Below are positions 40,796 through 48,863 of a stretch of 64,000 bases of DNA, piece after piece. The stretch lies in the NCBI GenBank assembly GCA_048885865.1, contig JBHLLF010000001.1:141676-205675 (forward strand), written 5' to 3'. Every line of letters begins with the position of its first letter. Within the stretch, counting starts at the first letter, position 1. The translations under genes and the position numbers were made by a program. This DNA comes from Candidatus Hermodarchaeota archaeon (lineage in GTDB: Archaea; Asgardarchaeota; Thorarchaeia; Thorarchaeales; Thorarchaeaceae). The notes under the pieces were generated by a model. The model saw only the letters and a list, made by a program, of their open reading frames with translations, was not told where the DNA came from and did no database searches.

Positions 40796-42085
40796 TTATC
40801 CTTCATCTGTCACCCACAAGTCGTCAGATTTGGCCCAATCTGCCTTATGAGGATCTGATTCTGAGCTCGTACTAATCTCCGATGATGATTCCATTTTCGG
40901 AGATTTTAAGCTCGATTTAGTATCAGGTGCAGATTTAATGTTCGGTGACCGCAGGCTCCTTAGTTTCGAGAGTATCAGATAAGTAAAAGGAACTCTTACA
41001 GTGACGTGAGCTTCGGAATGAATAGCCTGCTTTCCTGATGGCGGGTTGCCCATTACCACAATCTCTGGGTCCTTCTCAAACCACATCTGGACTGCCCTAT
41101 CTTCCCAAATGGTCTGCCTGGGAGGAACCTGCTTTTGGAGAAAGACAACTAGAAAACCTAACACAATCAACACGGGGATTGGGAAAGCTGTCATAAATGG
41201 CGATATAATCATGAAGAAGGCAGCTGGCGCTATAATCGATAGTGCAGCATAGGCAAGAACCCTCGTCTTTTCAGTGTGAGTCTGTATATATTGAAGAACT
41301 GAATATGCAAATACAAGCGAGAAAATATTCATCAAATATGTCAAAATCACGCCAAATGCGGGCATTATGTAGAATGAAAAGTAACCATATCCAAAGCCTG
41401 ACGAATAGTATCCTATCCAGATTGCTGTTATCATACCAAAATTCAATCCCGTCTCGTAGGGACTGAAGTAAGAGTAGAAATATGCAATGCTTGGGAAGCA
41501 GAGTGCTATTATCCCTAAGATATAACTTAGAATCCCGAATCTGCCTGGGCGAATGCCCCCTTCATGAATCAAGGACTCGGGTGTCTGAGAGAAGTACGCT
41601 GCTTTTCTGTCAGAATCAATATACGAACCCTGCCGACCCAACACTGGAAGGACCACAAACACTGCTATCACCCATGGAACAATCGATTGAATCATGGAAC
41701 CTACATAGTATGGCATTGGTACATACGGGCCTCCATAGGGCACAAGAATCGATAGAGGATATACTATGAGTGATATGAAAACCGCCGCAGCTAATGCCAT
41801 CTTCTTGATTGCCTTTTCCCTAGGTTGCTGAGTCAGCCATCTAGTGAAATAGATTCCAGGAAAGCACACGGCAAATGCCAGCCCAATTGTAAGGAAATCG
41901 AAGGAAATTGGAGAAAAGAATGGAGGCTGCATGTAGTAGTCATAGTATGGGTACATTCCAAATGAGAAGATTAGGGATACGTATTGAAAAGATATGGGAA
42001 CACCAAAATCAATGTTTAGAGCAAGAGGTACAATTAGAATGGCAATCATCCTGATGATAGTCTTGGCCAGGAAACTTCGATTCAA
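40796..42085 (-). CDS. Hypothetical multi-pass membrane protein
   Basis: About 8 hydrophobic segments and a Ser-rich tail. Confidence 0.65.
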   Translation of the reverse strand: MNRSFLAKTIIRMIAILIVPLALNIDFGVPISFQYVSLIFSFGMYPYYDYYMQPPFFSPISFDFLTIGLAFAVCFPGIYFTRWLTQQPREKAIKKMALAAAVFISLIVYPLSILVPYGGPYVPMPYYVGSMIQSIVPWVIAVFVVLPVLGRQGSYIDSDRKAAYFSQTPESLIHEGGIRPGRFGILSYILGIIALCFPSIAYFYSYFSPYETGLNFGMITAIWIGYYSSGFGYGYFSFYIMPAFGVILTYLMNIFSLVFAYSVLQYIQTHTEKTRVLAYAALSIIAPAAFFMIISPFMTAFPIPVLIVLGFLVVFLQKQVPPRQTIWEDRAVQMWFEKDPEIVVMGNPPSGKQAIHSEAHVTVRVPFTYLILSKLRSLRSPNIKSAPDTKSSLKSPKMESSSEISTSSESDPHKADWAKSDDLWVTDEG

Positions 42086-42224
42086 GTCTAACCCTCAGTT
42101 CCTCTTGACATGTGAACTTGCGCATCTTTCTCTAATAAGACTATCAATTGAATGAGGTCTGTACCCCTGAGTCCTTTGGGAGAATTGAAATAGGTGAATA
42201 TTCCGACACGAGAAATGAATTCAG

Positions 42225-43151
42225 ATGATGCAGGAAACTCCTCCCGATTTCTTAATCGATCCGATTGGCTATCTACAATTCTACTGGAATCAAATTTCAC
42301 CCTATGTCTTCCTCGTAGCCACACTCATCGTTATCGGGTTGATCTACATTATTGTGACAAGACTGGCAAAGAGATCATTGCTAGCTCTTGGAATGGGAAG
42401 GGAGGCTACAATTGGACTTGTTCTCATTCTCAGGCTTATCTTCTTCATGTTTGCAGTCTTAATGCTAGTTAGCTTCTTTGAAGCGAGCTATACAGCAATA
42501 CTCTCAATATCAGCGATTTTTGGTACTGCACTCGGTCTCGCTTTCTCAACTGCCCTTAGCAATATTGTGAGCGGTCTCTATGTGTTAACTGCTAGACCTT
42601 TCAGAGTAGGAGACTACGTGCGGATTGGTTCAGTCGAAGGAATAGTCCGGGAAATTACTCTCAACTACACTCGCGTTCTATTGACTGATGAAAACATTCA
42701 GCTTGTGCCGAACAATAAAGTTGTCAGTAGTGAGGTCACAAATTTCAGGATAGACCTGTCGAAATACATTGAGAAGAAACAGGAAGAGGCCCTTCAAGAA
42801 GCAGAAGCAAATACTAGGCATTCATACCGAGAAACACTTGATGAAGCATGGAAACAGCTCAAAATGCTTACATCAGAAGAATTCGCGTATAGATATACCT
42901 TCGACATTAATGTCCATATGAATCAAGATCACATGGCGATACTGAAGACTTTTGAAAAAGTCTGTGATAAGTGGTCGAATGTATTCCTAACACGCCCCAA
43001 TTATATCGTGTGGGCCAAGCCAGTTGCTGCCATCACTTACAGATTCTCATTCATAGTAAGTGATCCTATGGTGATCATCAAAAGAGGCTCTGACTTTATG
43101 CAGGAACTCCTGACCAACTATTATGAATCTGCTGAATCGATTCAAGAGTGA
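42225..43151 (+). CDS. MscS-family mechanosensitive channel
   Basis: GLAFSTALSNIVSG, RPFRVGDYV, EITLNYT, VPNN. Confidence 0.88.
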   Translation: MMQETPPDFLIDPIGYLQFYWNQISPYVFLVATLIVIGLIYIIVTRLAKRSLLALGMGREATIGLVLILRLIFFMFAVLMLVSFFEASYTAILSISAIFGTALGLAFSTALSNIVSGLYVLTARPFRVGDYVRIGSVEGIVREITLNYTRVLLTDENIQLVPNNKVVSSEVTNFRIDLSKYIEKKQEEALQEAEANTRHSYRETLDEAWKQLKMLTSEEFAYRYTFDINVHMNQDHMAILKTFEKVCDKWSNVFLTRPNYIVWAKPVAAITYRFSFIVSDPMVIIKRGSDFMQELLTNYYESAESIQE

Positions 43152-43180
43152 GAGCAGAGAGAATGAGAAAGAAGAGATTA

Positions 43181-43211
43181 GAGGCATAGGCGTTGACTTC
43201 GTCTATGCCTC
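43181..43211. terminator. Hairpin between convergent mscS and SSB-like genes
   Basis: GAGGCATAGGCG-N7-CGTCTATGCCTC, followed by a pyrimidine tract on the minus strand. Confidence 0.65.
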
Positions 43212-43227
43212 CAAATTATAGCAAGCT

Positions 43228-43725
43228 CTAATATCTGCGATCACGGTCGCGATCTCGATATCCGCCGCCGCCACGTCTATCTCTGTAGCCGCCACCACCG
43301 CGACGGTCTCTGTAATCTCCGCCGCCGCCACGTCCGCCATATCTTCTTGGTGGACGTTCATGCTCTTCGGCTGAGACGTCGTTTTCCTCGTTGACTTCTT
43401 CAATTGGCTCCTCAGCTTCATTGATAATACCATATCTTCCAATATTGAGCCGAAGATTCCTTTGAAATAGTCCAGTATATCCGTTTTCAAGCTTGTAGGT
43501 CTTGCCAACCTCTAGTGCGTCAATGGAGTCATCCCACAGAGGCATTACAACTGTGCCACTGGCATCTCCAATGACAATATCTGCAACACGATGGGTTTCG
43601 CCATCATGCCTTGAGGTCACCTCGCGAGCCTCGCCCTTTGATAGGACCTTGAACGAGATTGTTAGGTTCTTCATACGGGGTTTAAGGTCTGAGATGATAG
43701 CAAGAACAGGTTCCGGTTCGCTCAT
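43228..43725 (-). CDS. Single OB-fold SSB-like nucleic acid-binding protein with RGG/RD tail (paralogue 1)
   Basis: VIGDASGTV..LWD, NGYTGLFQRNLRLNIGRYG; tail YRDRRGGGG repeats. Confidence 0.88.
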   Translation of the reverse strand: MSEPEPVLAIISDLKPRMKNLTISFKVLSKGEAREVTSRHDGETHRVADIVIGDASGTVVMPLWDDSIDALEVGKTYKLENGYTGLFQRNLRLNIGRYGIINEAEEPIEEVNEENDVSAEEHERPPRRYGGRGGGGDYRDRRGGGGYRDRRGGGGYRDRDRDRRY

Positions 43726-43870
43726 GTTAATTCACTCTGGTTTCGGATTAACAGGTTTACAAAACGAGTAGGGGTCATCCGGGAATCGGCCCGGGAATCG
43801 GGATCGTATTCGTTGGTGACGACAGGCTCGTCTTACCTGCACTCCTAGACCACTCTGTTTTGCTAATAAA
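43726..43870 (-). promoter_or_regulatory. TATA box plus ~120-nt structured 5' leader of SSB-like paralogue 1
   Basis: TTTATTAG then GGAGTGCAGGTA...GTTTTG..CCTGT..AGAGT, motifs shared with the paralogue 2 leader. Confidence 0.6.
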
Positions 43871-43901
43871 GCTGTGTGAGGGGTTGAATTGCCGTCTTAC
43901 C

Positions 43902-44366
43902 CTAGCCTAGCTTCTGAGGAGGATTCAACCTACTCACGTAGTACATGCCAGCGACAAGGACCAGAGGTCCAAGGAAGATAATTGCGGAGCCAATACTCCA
44001 AAGCAAGCTGAACTCAACATTTAGATTGACCAGAATATTCCCCGCGATGAACATGATGATCCCGGATAGCATGATGATGAGTCCAGGTCTGGTGTCCCTC
44101 CTTTCAATCACAGGCTCAGGAGCAGACGCGATGGTTGGTGCATCGGATGTCTTGGCATCAGATCTGTAGAAGCGGCTTCCATCTGATGTCAGTCTTCCAG
44201 ATAGCTTGCCTTCCTCTACCAGCTCCATAAGCATCTTCTGAGTTTCTTCAGGTGATAAGCCAATCCGCGAGCTCAACATGTCGATTGAACTGACATTGTT
44301 CTCCACAAGGTCAACTAGATTGACTACACTCTCCGAACGAATGTTTCTCGTTTCGCTACCTATCAT
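43902..44366 (-). CDS. PCI-like winged-helix protein with two C-terminal TM helices
   Basis: LSSRIGLSPEETQKMLMELVEEGKLSGRL and two hydrophobic segments. Confidence 0.6.
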   Translation of the reverse strand: MIGSETRNIRSESVVNLVDLVENNVSSIDMLSSRIGLSPEETQKMLMELVEEGKLSGRLTSDGSRFYRSDAKTSDAPTIASAPEPVIERRDTRPGLIIMLSGIIMFIAGNILVNLNVEFSLLWSIGSAIIFLGPLVLVAGMYYVSRLNPPQKLG

Positions 44367-44537
44367 TGTCTATCACTGTTGAAAACATACCGAGTCAGAA
44401 TATAACACATAGCCACTATCTAGGCTCACAATTAAGGTTCACATATTGTGGACTCAAGTAGTGACTTCTCGTTTTCGTTCAACGCAATTCTGCAGGCGCG
44501 TCAATTCTTCATTCACAATATTTATATAATGTAATAC

Positions 44538-44550
44538 GTAATACTATTAC
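44538..44550. promoter_or_regulatory. Palindromic operator GTAATA-C-TATTAC (unit 1)
   Basis: Perfect palindrome about 10 bp downstream of TTTATATA (44521). Confidence 0.75.
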
Positions 44551-44603
44551 ATGAAAGACTGAAATCCGCTGGTATTCGGCGGTACAGTCGCGAGGTGAGA
44601 TGG

Positions 44604-44747
44604 ATGACTAACAAGAAGAATCGCAAATGGTGGAATCGGATTGCCAGGCGTATTGCCAAGCGCTACAAGAATGAATCGATCTATCGCGATTACACGGGAA
44701 GGTCTAACTGGCCTAGTGTGGCGTTTTGGTCAAGTCTGTACAAGTGA
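44604..44747 (+). CDS. Small basic peptide A, 47 aa: MTNKKNRKWWNRIARRIAKRYKNESIYRDYTGRSNWPSVAFWSSLYK
   Basis: GAGGTGA SD 5 nt upstream; own promoter; homologous to peptide B with synonymous changes. Confidence 0.75.
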   Translation: MTNKKNRKWWNRIARRIAKRYKNESIYRDYTGRSNWPSVAFWSSLYK

Positions 44748-44803
44748 TATGACGTTGAATGACAGTCATAATACAATTCCACAATACTTATATAGAATAA
44801 CAT

Positions 44804-44816
44804 GTAATACTATTAC
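44804..44816. promoter_or_regulatory. Palindromic operator GTAATA-C-TATTAC (unit 2)
   Basis: Identical to unit 1, same spacing from TTATATA (44788). Confidence 0.75.
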
Positions 44817-44872
44817 GTGGAATACTGAAAGCGCGCGGGAAACCGGGCGGTGACAGCCACGAGGTGAGATGA

Positions 44873-44977
44873 ATGACAGACAGGATAAATCGCAATCAGT
44901 CAAAGAGGATTGGCAGGCGAATTGGAAGGCGCTTCACGCATGAGTCGATTTACTACGACTACTTTGCGGAGGCATAG
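44873..44977 (+). CDS. Small basic peptide B, 34 aa: MTDRINRNQSKRIGRRIGRRFTHESIYYDYFAEA
   Basis: GAGGTGA SD 5 nt upstream; 16 of the first 30 residues identical to peptide A. Confidence 0.75.
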   Translation: MTDRINRNQSKRIGRRIGRRFTHESIYYDYFAEA

Positions 44978-45037
44978 ATGATGGCCTCTTTCGTGCGGAT
45001 GATCATGTCTGGACAAGCAAAAAGGAAGTAGGTCATT

Positions 45038-45136
45038 ATGGCAATAGAAAAGAATGAGAACAGGAAGAAGGCAATTGGAAAGCAGATCCAGAGTACCAGA
45101 GCCATCGCATGGGCTTACCAGTATAAGAGTGGGTAG
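45038..45136 (+). CDS. Small basic peptide C, 32 aa: MAIEKNENRKKAIGKQIQSTRAIAWAYQYKSG
   Basis: Ungapped match to A/B at N6, I13, G/A14, K/R15, I17, Y27; weak SD AGGTCA; T-rich tract follows. Confidence 0.5.
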   Translation: MAIEKNENRKKAIGKQIQSTRAIAWAYQYKSG

Positions 45137-45246
45137 TTGAGATGGCTCTTTTGGAGCTCTTTCTTCTTAGCGCTTCTAGTGAGCCCGTGCTTGTGTTCTT
45201 TGGGGCATGAGCACTCTCACACCTTTACTGTTTTTAGAAACTCGAC

Positions 45247-45684
45247 TCATTTTGTGTATCGTTTCTTGAGATCCTTGAACCACTCAGGGACCAATGCATC
45301 ATCAACTCTGTCGGACGATGGGAGATAGGGTTTGATATCCACAATAGGAGTTTCGTCCTTGGCATCTATCTGGTCTATCTCTATGGCTTTTTGCTCTTCA
45401 TGCAGACCAAGAAGTTTCACGATGGAAAGGCAAAGGAGGTTTGGCCTTGCAGGAGAGCGGCTAGCAAAGACACCTGATAGCTCTGCTCCTTCAGCAGGGG
45501 GAACATCCTGCAGATGCGTTCTATACTCAGGCATGTCAAAGCCAGCCGCCCACCATATCACGTGAATGTGCGAGAACTTGTCTACATTCAATGTACCATC
45601 CCAGAACTTAGAGCCAATCTGCAGGAATATCCTCCCATCGTCGTGCTTCTTCACAAATCCTATTGGCTCAATCTTGAACTCCAT
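45247..45684 (-). CDS. trmO: TrmO/TsaA-family tRNA m6t6A37 methyltransferase
   Basis: IEPIG, FSHIHVIWW, GVFASRSPARPN, TPIVDIKPY. Confidence 0.85.
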   Translation of the reverse strand: MEFKIEPIGFVKKHDDGRIFLQIGSKFWDGTLNVDKFSHIHVIWWAAGFDMPEYRTHLQDVPPAEGAELSGVFASRSPARPNLLCLSIVKLLGLHEEQKAIEIDQIDAKDETPIVDIKPYLPSSDRVDDALVPEWFKDLKKRYTK

Positions 45685-45693
45685 TTTTTCACC

Positions 45694-46989
45694 TCATTTT
45701 GCTACCACTGCTCGAATCGCGGAAAGCGTCTTCTCAATGTCATCCTTTGTATGAGAGAAGGACATCGCTCCAAGCCCATGATAACCATAGACTCCCTCTT
45801 GCATCAAGAGGCTTTGGAACTTATCGAGCGCATCGTGGTCCAGTTGATTGCCAATATCCGTGCCCGTGCGTGGAGGTTTCTCCATCCTATTATAAAGCGC
45901 GTGTATATAGATTAGAGACCCATGACCCGTGGATACTGCCTTGTATTTGTGTTCGTCAAAGACCTTGTTTATTTCATTTCTGAAATCCGTGCATCTCTTG
46001 CTCAGAGCTGGATACTCATCTTTCTTCTTTTTGAGCTGGTCGAGTGTCGCACATCCTGCGGTCATTGCCAATGGATGACTTGAGAAAGTTCCTCCACCAA
46101 CCCATCGACCACCCTCTGCCCCAGGAGTAGCAAGGCTCATTACATCCTCGCGTCCGCCATAGACACCCAGATGCATTCCGCCGCCAATGATCTTCCCCAT
46201 TGTCATGACATCTGGAATGACACCAAATTCTTTCTCCCCTGCGGATCCATATGAGAATCTGAAGCCGGTGATGATTTCGTCGAGGATTAGTAGGATTCCC
46301 CGACTCTCAGTTTCTTCACGAAGGTATGGCAGGAAGTCAGCATCAGGAGGAACTGCACCGCCCGCTCCGAGGACGGGCTCGATTATCACAGCAGCAAGCT
46401 CAGTCCCATGTTCTTTCATAAGAATGTCAAAGCTGTCTTTGTCGTTGAAGTTGAATGAAACGCCATTGAAGTATGCATCATCGGTGTATGGTGCTTTGAG
46501 GTGATATGCCAAAGCATCGTTGCCGCCATGCCAGCCACCAAGGGTCTTTGCTACAAGCTTCCTCTTAGTGAAGAGCCGCGCTAGTCGAGTGGCATACATC
46601 GTTGCTTCTGCACCTGTTGAACAGAATCGCATCTTCTCAAGGAAAGTGACCGCCTCCTTGAGCTTCTCCGCTAGCAGAACCATCTGCTCGTTGAGACCAC
46701 CAAAATGTATCCCTTGGTCAATCTGTGCTGCAAGAGCCTCTCGCACAGCTGGATTATTGTGACCAAGGATTTGAGAGTAATGTGTCATCCACCAGTCAAT
46801 GTACTCATTGCCATCAATGTCCCACACATGTGAGCCGTTTCCTCGTTTGATATAAGGTGGATAAGCTCCACAGCTGTCAAGCCCGAAAGTTCTGATGTTA
46901 TGGTTGATTCCGCCACAGAAAAGACCCACAGCTCTCTCCCAGAGATTCTTGGAGGATGGAGTCCTTTCTTTGTACTTCTCGATCGCCAT
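45694..46989 (-). CDS. Class III aminotransferase, glutamate-1-semialdehyde aminomutase-like
   Basis: WDIDGNEYID, DEIITGFR, GKIIGGG, GTFSSHP. Confidence 0.88.
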   Translation of the reverse strand: MAIEKYKERTPSSKNLWERAVGLFCGGINHNIRTFGLDSCGAYPPYIKRGNGSHVWDIDGNEYIDWWMTHYSQILGHNNPAVREALAAQIDQGIHFGGLNEQMVLLAEKLKEAVTFLEKMRFCSTGAEATMYATRLARLFTKRKLVAKTLGGWHGGNDALAYHLKAPYTDDAYFNGVSFNFNDKDSFDILMKEHGTELAAVIIEPVLGAGGAVPPDADFLPYLREETESRGILLILDEIITGFRFSYGSAGEKEFGVIPDVMTMGKIIGGGMHLGVYGGREDVMSLATPGAEGGRWVGGGTFSSHPLAMTAGCATLDQLKKKKDEYPALSKRCTDFRNEINKVFDEHKYKAVSTGHGSLIYIHALYNRMEKPPRTGTDIGNQLDHDALDKFQSLLMQEGVYGYHGLGAMSFSHTKDDIEKTLSAIRAVVAK

Positions 46990-47061
46990 GAGAGTCACCT
47001 TGCTAAATGCGATTGATTCACTACCCAGCTGCGATTTATTCTTTGGGTAAACTAGTTTACC

Positions 47062-48693
47062 CTAGATGCTGTGACGAAGTACAACTCCAGGTAGCTCGTC
47101 TGTCTGTTTTCCATCGCTCACAACTAGTGTTCCATTTACAAAGACTTCATGAATGCCCTCGGGAAACTGATGGGAGTCTGTGAATGTTGCTCTATCAATC
47201 ACGGTCTTTGGATCGAACACGACAAGGTCTGCAACCATGCCTGCTTGAATTTTCCCTCTGTCACTAAGTCCAAGCTGTTTTGCAGGGAATCCTGTCATCT
47301 TCCAGATTGCACTTTCAAGCGTCAAGAGACCCTCCTCTCTAGCATATTTCCCTAGAATTCGTGGGTAGGTACCATAGAAGCGTGGATGTGGTTTTCCATA
47401 TCCCAAAACCCCTGTCGGGGATACCCCTTCTCCATCAGTTCCAACCATTGTATATGGAGACCTCATAATTCTGTGGATGTCTTCCTCTCCCATGCTCTCC
47501 ATTGTCATTCCAACCTCACCTTTCTCATCTAGAAGGAGCTCGACAAGCATTTCAAAGGGATTGGAATATCCGCGCTGTACAGCGATGGCTTGAAGGCTAT
47601 GTCCCTCAATACCTGCCCATTTCTCTGTCTTGGTGGATGAGATATAGATGCCCTCCCATCCAGCCTCCTTGATTATGTTCTCCCAGCCCTCAATCCCAGT
47701 CTCAACGTCATTTTCAATCTGTTTCCGAATATGTGTATCTTGCAGATTCTCAAGAATCGCGTCAATTCCTCCCTCATGGACCCAAGGTGGTAGTACAGTT
47801 ATGAGCGACGTTGCTCCTCGATTGTAGGGATATTGATCACATGCGATCATAAGCCCCTTCTCATTGGCTTCCGCAATCATCCTCAATGTAATTTCACTGG
47901 CGCCCCAGAAGGGTTTGCCCGCAACCTTGTGATGGGCAATCTGCCCCCCTCTGCATCCAGACTCCGCTACAATGCTAATCAGCTCCCTTACTGCCTGAAT
48001 CAGAGTTGCCCCTTCTCCTCTGATGTGCGAGAAATAGAGTCCGCTGTATTGAGCTACTACCCTAGCCAGTTCCAGAATCTCTGATGTGTCTGCATAGACC
48101 TGAGGGGCATAGATGAGCCCCGTGCTTAACCCAAATGCTCCTGCATTCATTGCTTCTTTTACCAGTATCTTCATTCCTTCTACCTCGTCTGAGGTGGGAC
48201 TACGATTCTCATATCCCGGCCCAGCCGCTATGCGTACAGCTCCAAATCCAACCAGCGGCACGATATTCATGGAAGCCTTGTTGTATTCCAAGGATTCGAG
48301 GTATTCTTTGAAGGTCCTCCACGTGATGCTAACATCTTGGCCTGGGGGTGCAAAGAGCTCAATCTCCTTCTTCATTAAGTCGATTCTCTCTTCGATCACA
48401 GGAGCCAAGGAAAAACCACAATTGCCAATGACAGAAGTAGTAACGCCTTGTCTAATCATGGACTCGAGTCGATTATCAAATAGCAGCGCCATATCGTTAT
48501 GACTATGCATGTCAATGAAACCCGGGGCGCAGGCAAGTCCCTCGCCTTCAATGATTATCTTTGAGTCAATCCTAATTTCTCCAATGTCGGCGATCAGCCC
48601 ATCGCGGATACCAATATCTCCCTTGAATCCGGAGCTACCAGTTCCATCAAAGATGGTCACGCTCTTTACCAGAATATCATACTCATGGCCCAT
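47062..48693 (-). CDS. N-acyl-D-amino-acid deacylase (D-aminoacylase)
   Basis: PGFIDMHSHND, GNCGFS, STGLIYAP, PHPRFYGTYPR. Confidence 0.92.
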   Translation of the reverse strand: MGHEYDILVKSVTIFDGTGSSGFKGDIGIRDGLIADIGEIRIDSKIIIEGEGLACAPGFIDMHSHNDMALLFDNRLESMIRQGVTTSVIGNCGFSLAPVIEERIDLMKKEIELFAPPGQDVSITWRTFKEYLESLEYNKASMNIVPLVGFGAVRIAAGPGYENRSPTSDEVEGMKILVKEAMNAGAFGLSTGLIYAPQVYADTSEILELARVVAQYSGLYFSHIRGEGATLIQAVRELISIVAESGCRGGQIAHHKVAGKPFWGASEITLRMIAEANEKGLMIACDQYPYNRGATSLITVLPPWVHEGGIDAILENLQDTHIRKQIENDVETGIEGWENIIKEAGWEGIYISSTKTEKWAGIEGHSLQAIAVQRGYSNPFEMLVELLLDEKGEVGMTMESMGEEDIHRIMRSPYTMVGTDGEGVSPTGVLGYGKPHPRFYGTYPRILGKYAREEGLLTLESAIWKMTGFPAKQLGLSDRGKIQAGMVADLVVFDPKTVIDRATFTDSHQFPEGIHEVFVNGTLVVSDGKQTDELPGVVLRHSI

Positions 48694-48863
48694 TACCAAT
48701 CACTTCCGAGGTTGACTCTGTTATATGTTCCAACTCGTTTTACTTCAATGACATAAACAGTTCGGCCTATTCTTCGTCACACATCCGAACATCTATAACA
48801 AAAAAGATGGGGGTTTCTTTAACCTCCATCTAGGAGGACAGCACGACAAGGCTGATTCTGGAA

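Larger units (their letters stand above)
44514..45017 (+). repeat. Diverged tandem duplication, about 266-269 bp period (promoter, operator, leader, small ORF)
   Basis: Unit starts CACAATA at 44514 and 44780; colinear similarity continues through both ORFs. Confidence 0.9.

Noticed and set aside
44551-44771. Leader hairpin as a SECIS with UGA readthrough of peptide A (TGA..TGA..TAA in frame)
   Set aside because: The hairpin sits 5' of each ORF, lacks a clear AUGA/GA quartet, paralogue B has no matching UGA, and there is no redox-motif context
44641-44853. 70-aa ORF from the ORF track
   Set aside because: TTG start with no SD, out of frame with peptide A, and runs through the unit 2 promoter
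44514-45017. CRISPR array or tRNA genes in the repeated region
   Set aside because: Only two long diverged units, no repeat-spacer periodicity, no cas genes and no cloverleaf with a T-loop
45694-46989. Calling this gene hemL
   Set aside because: No tetrapyrrole genes nearby and several motifs diverge; family-level call only
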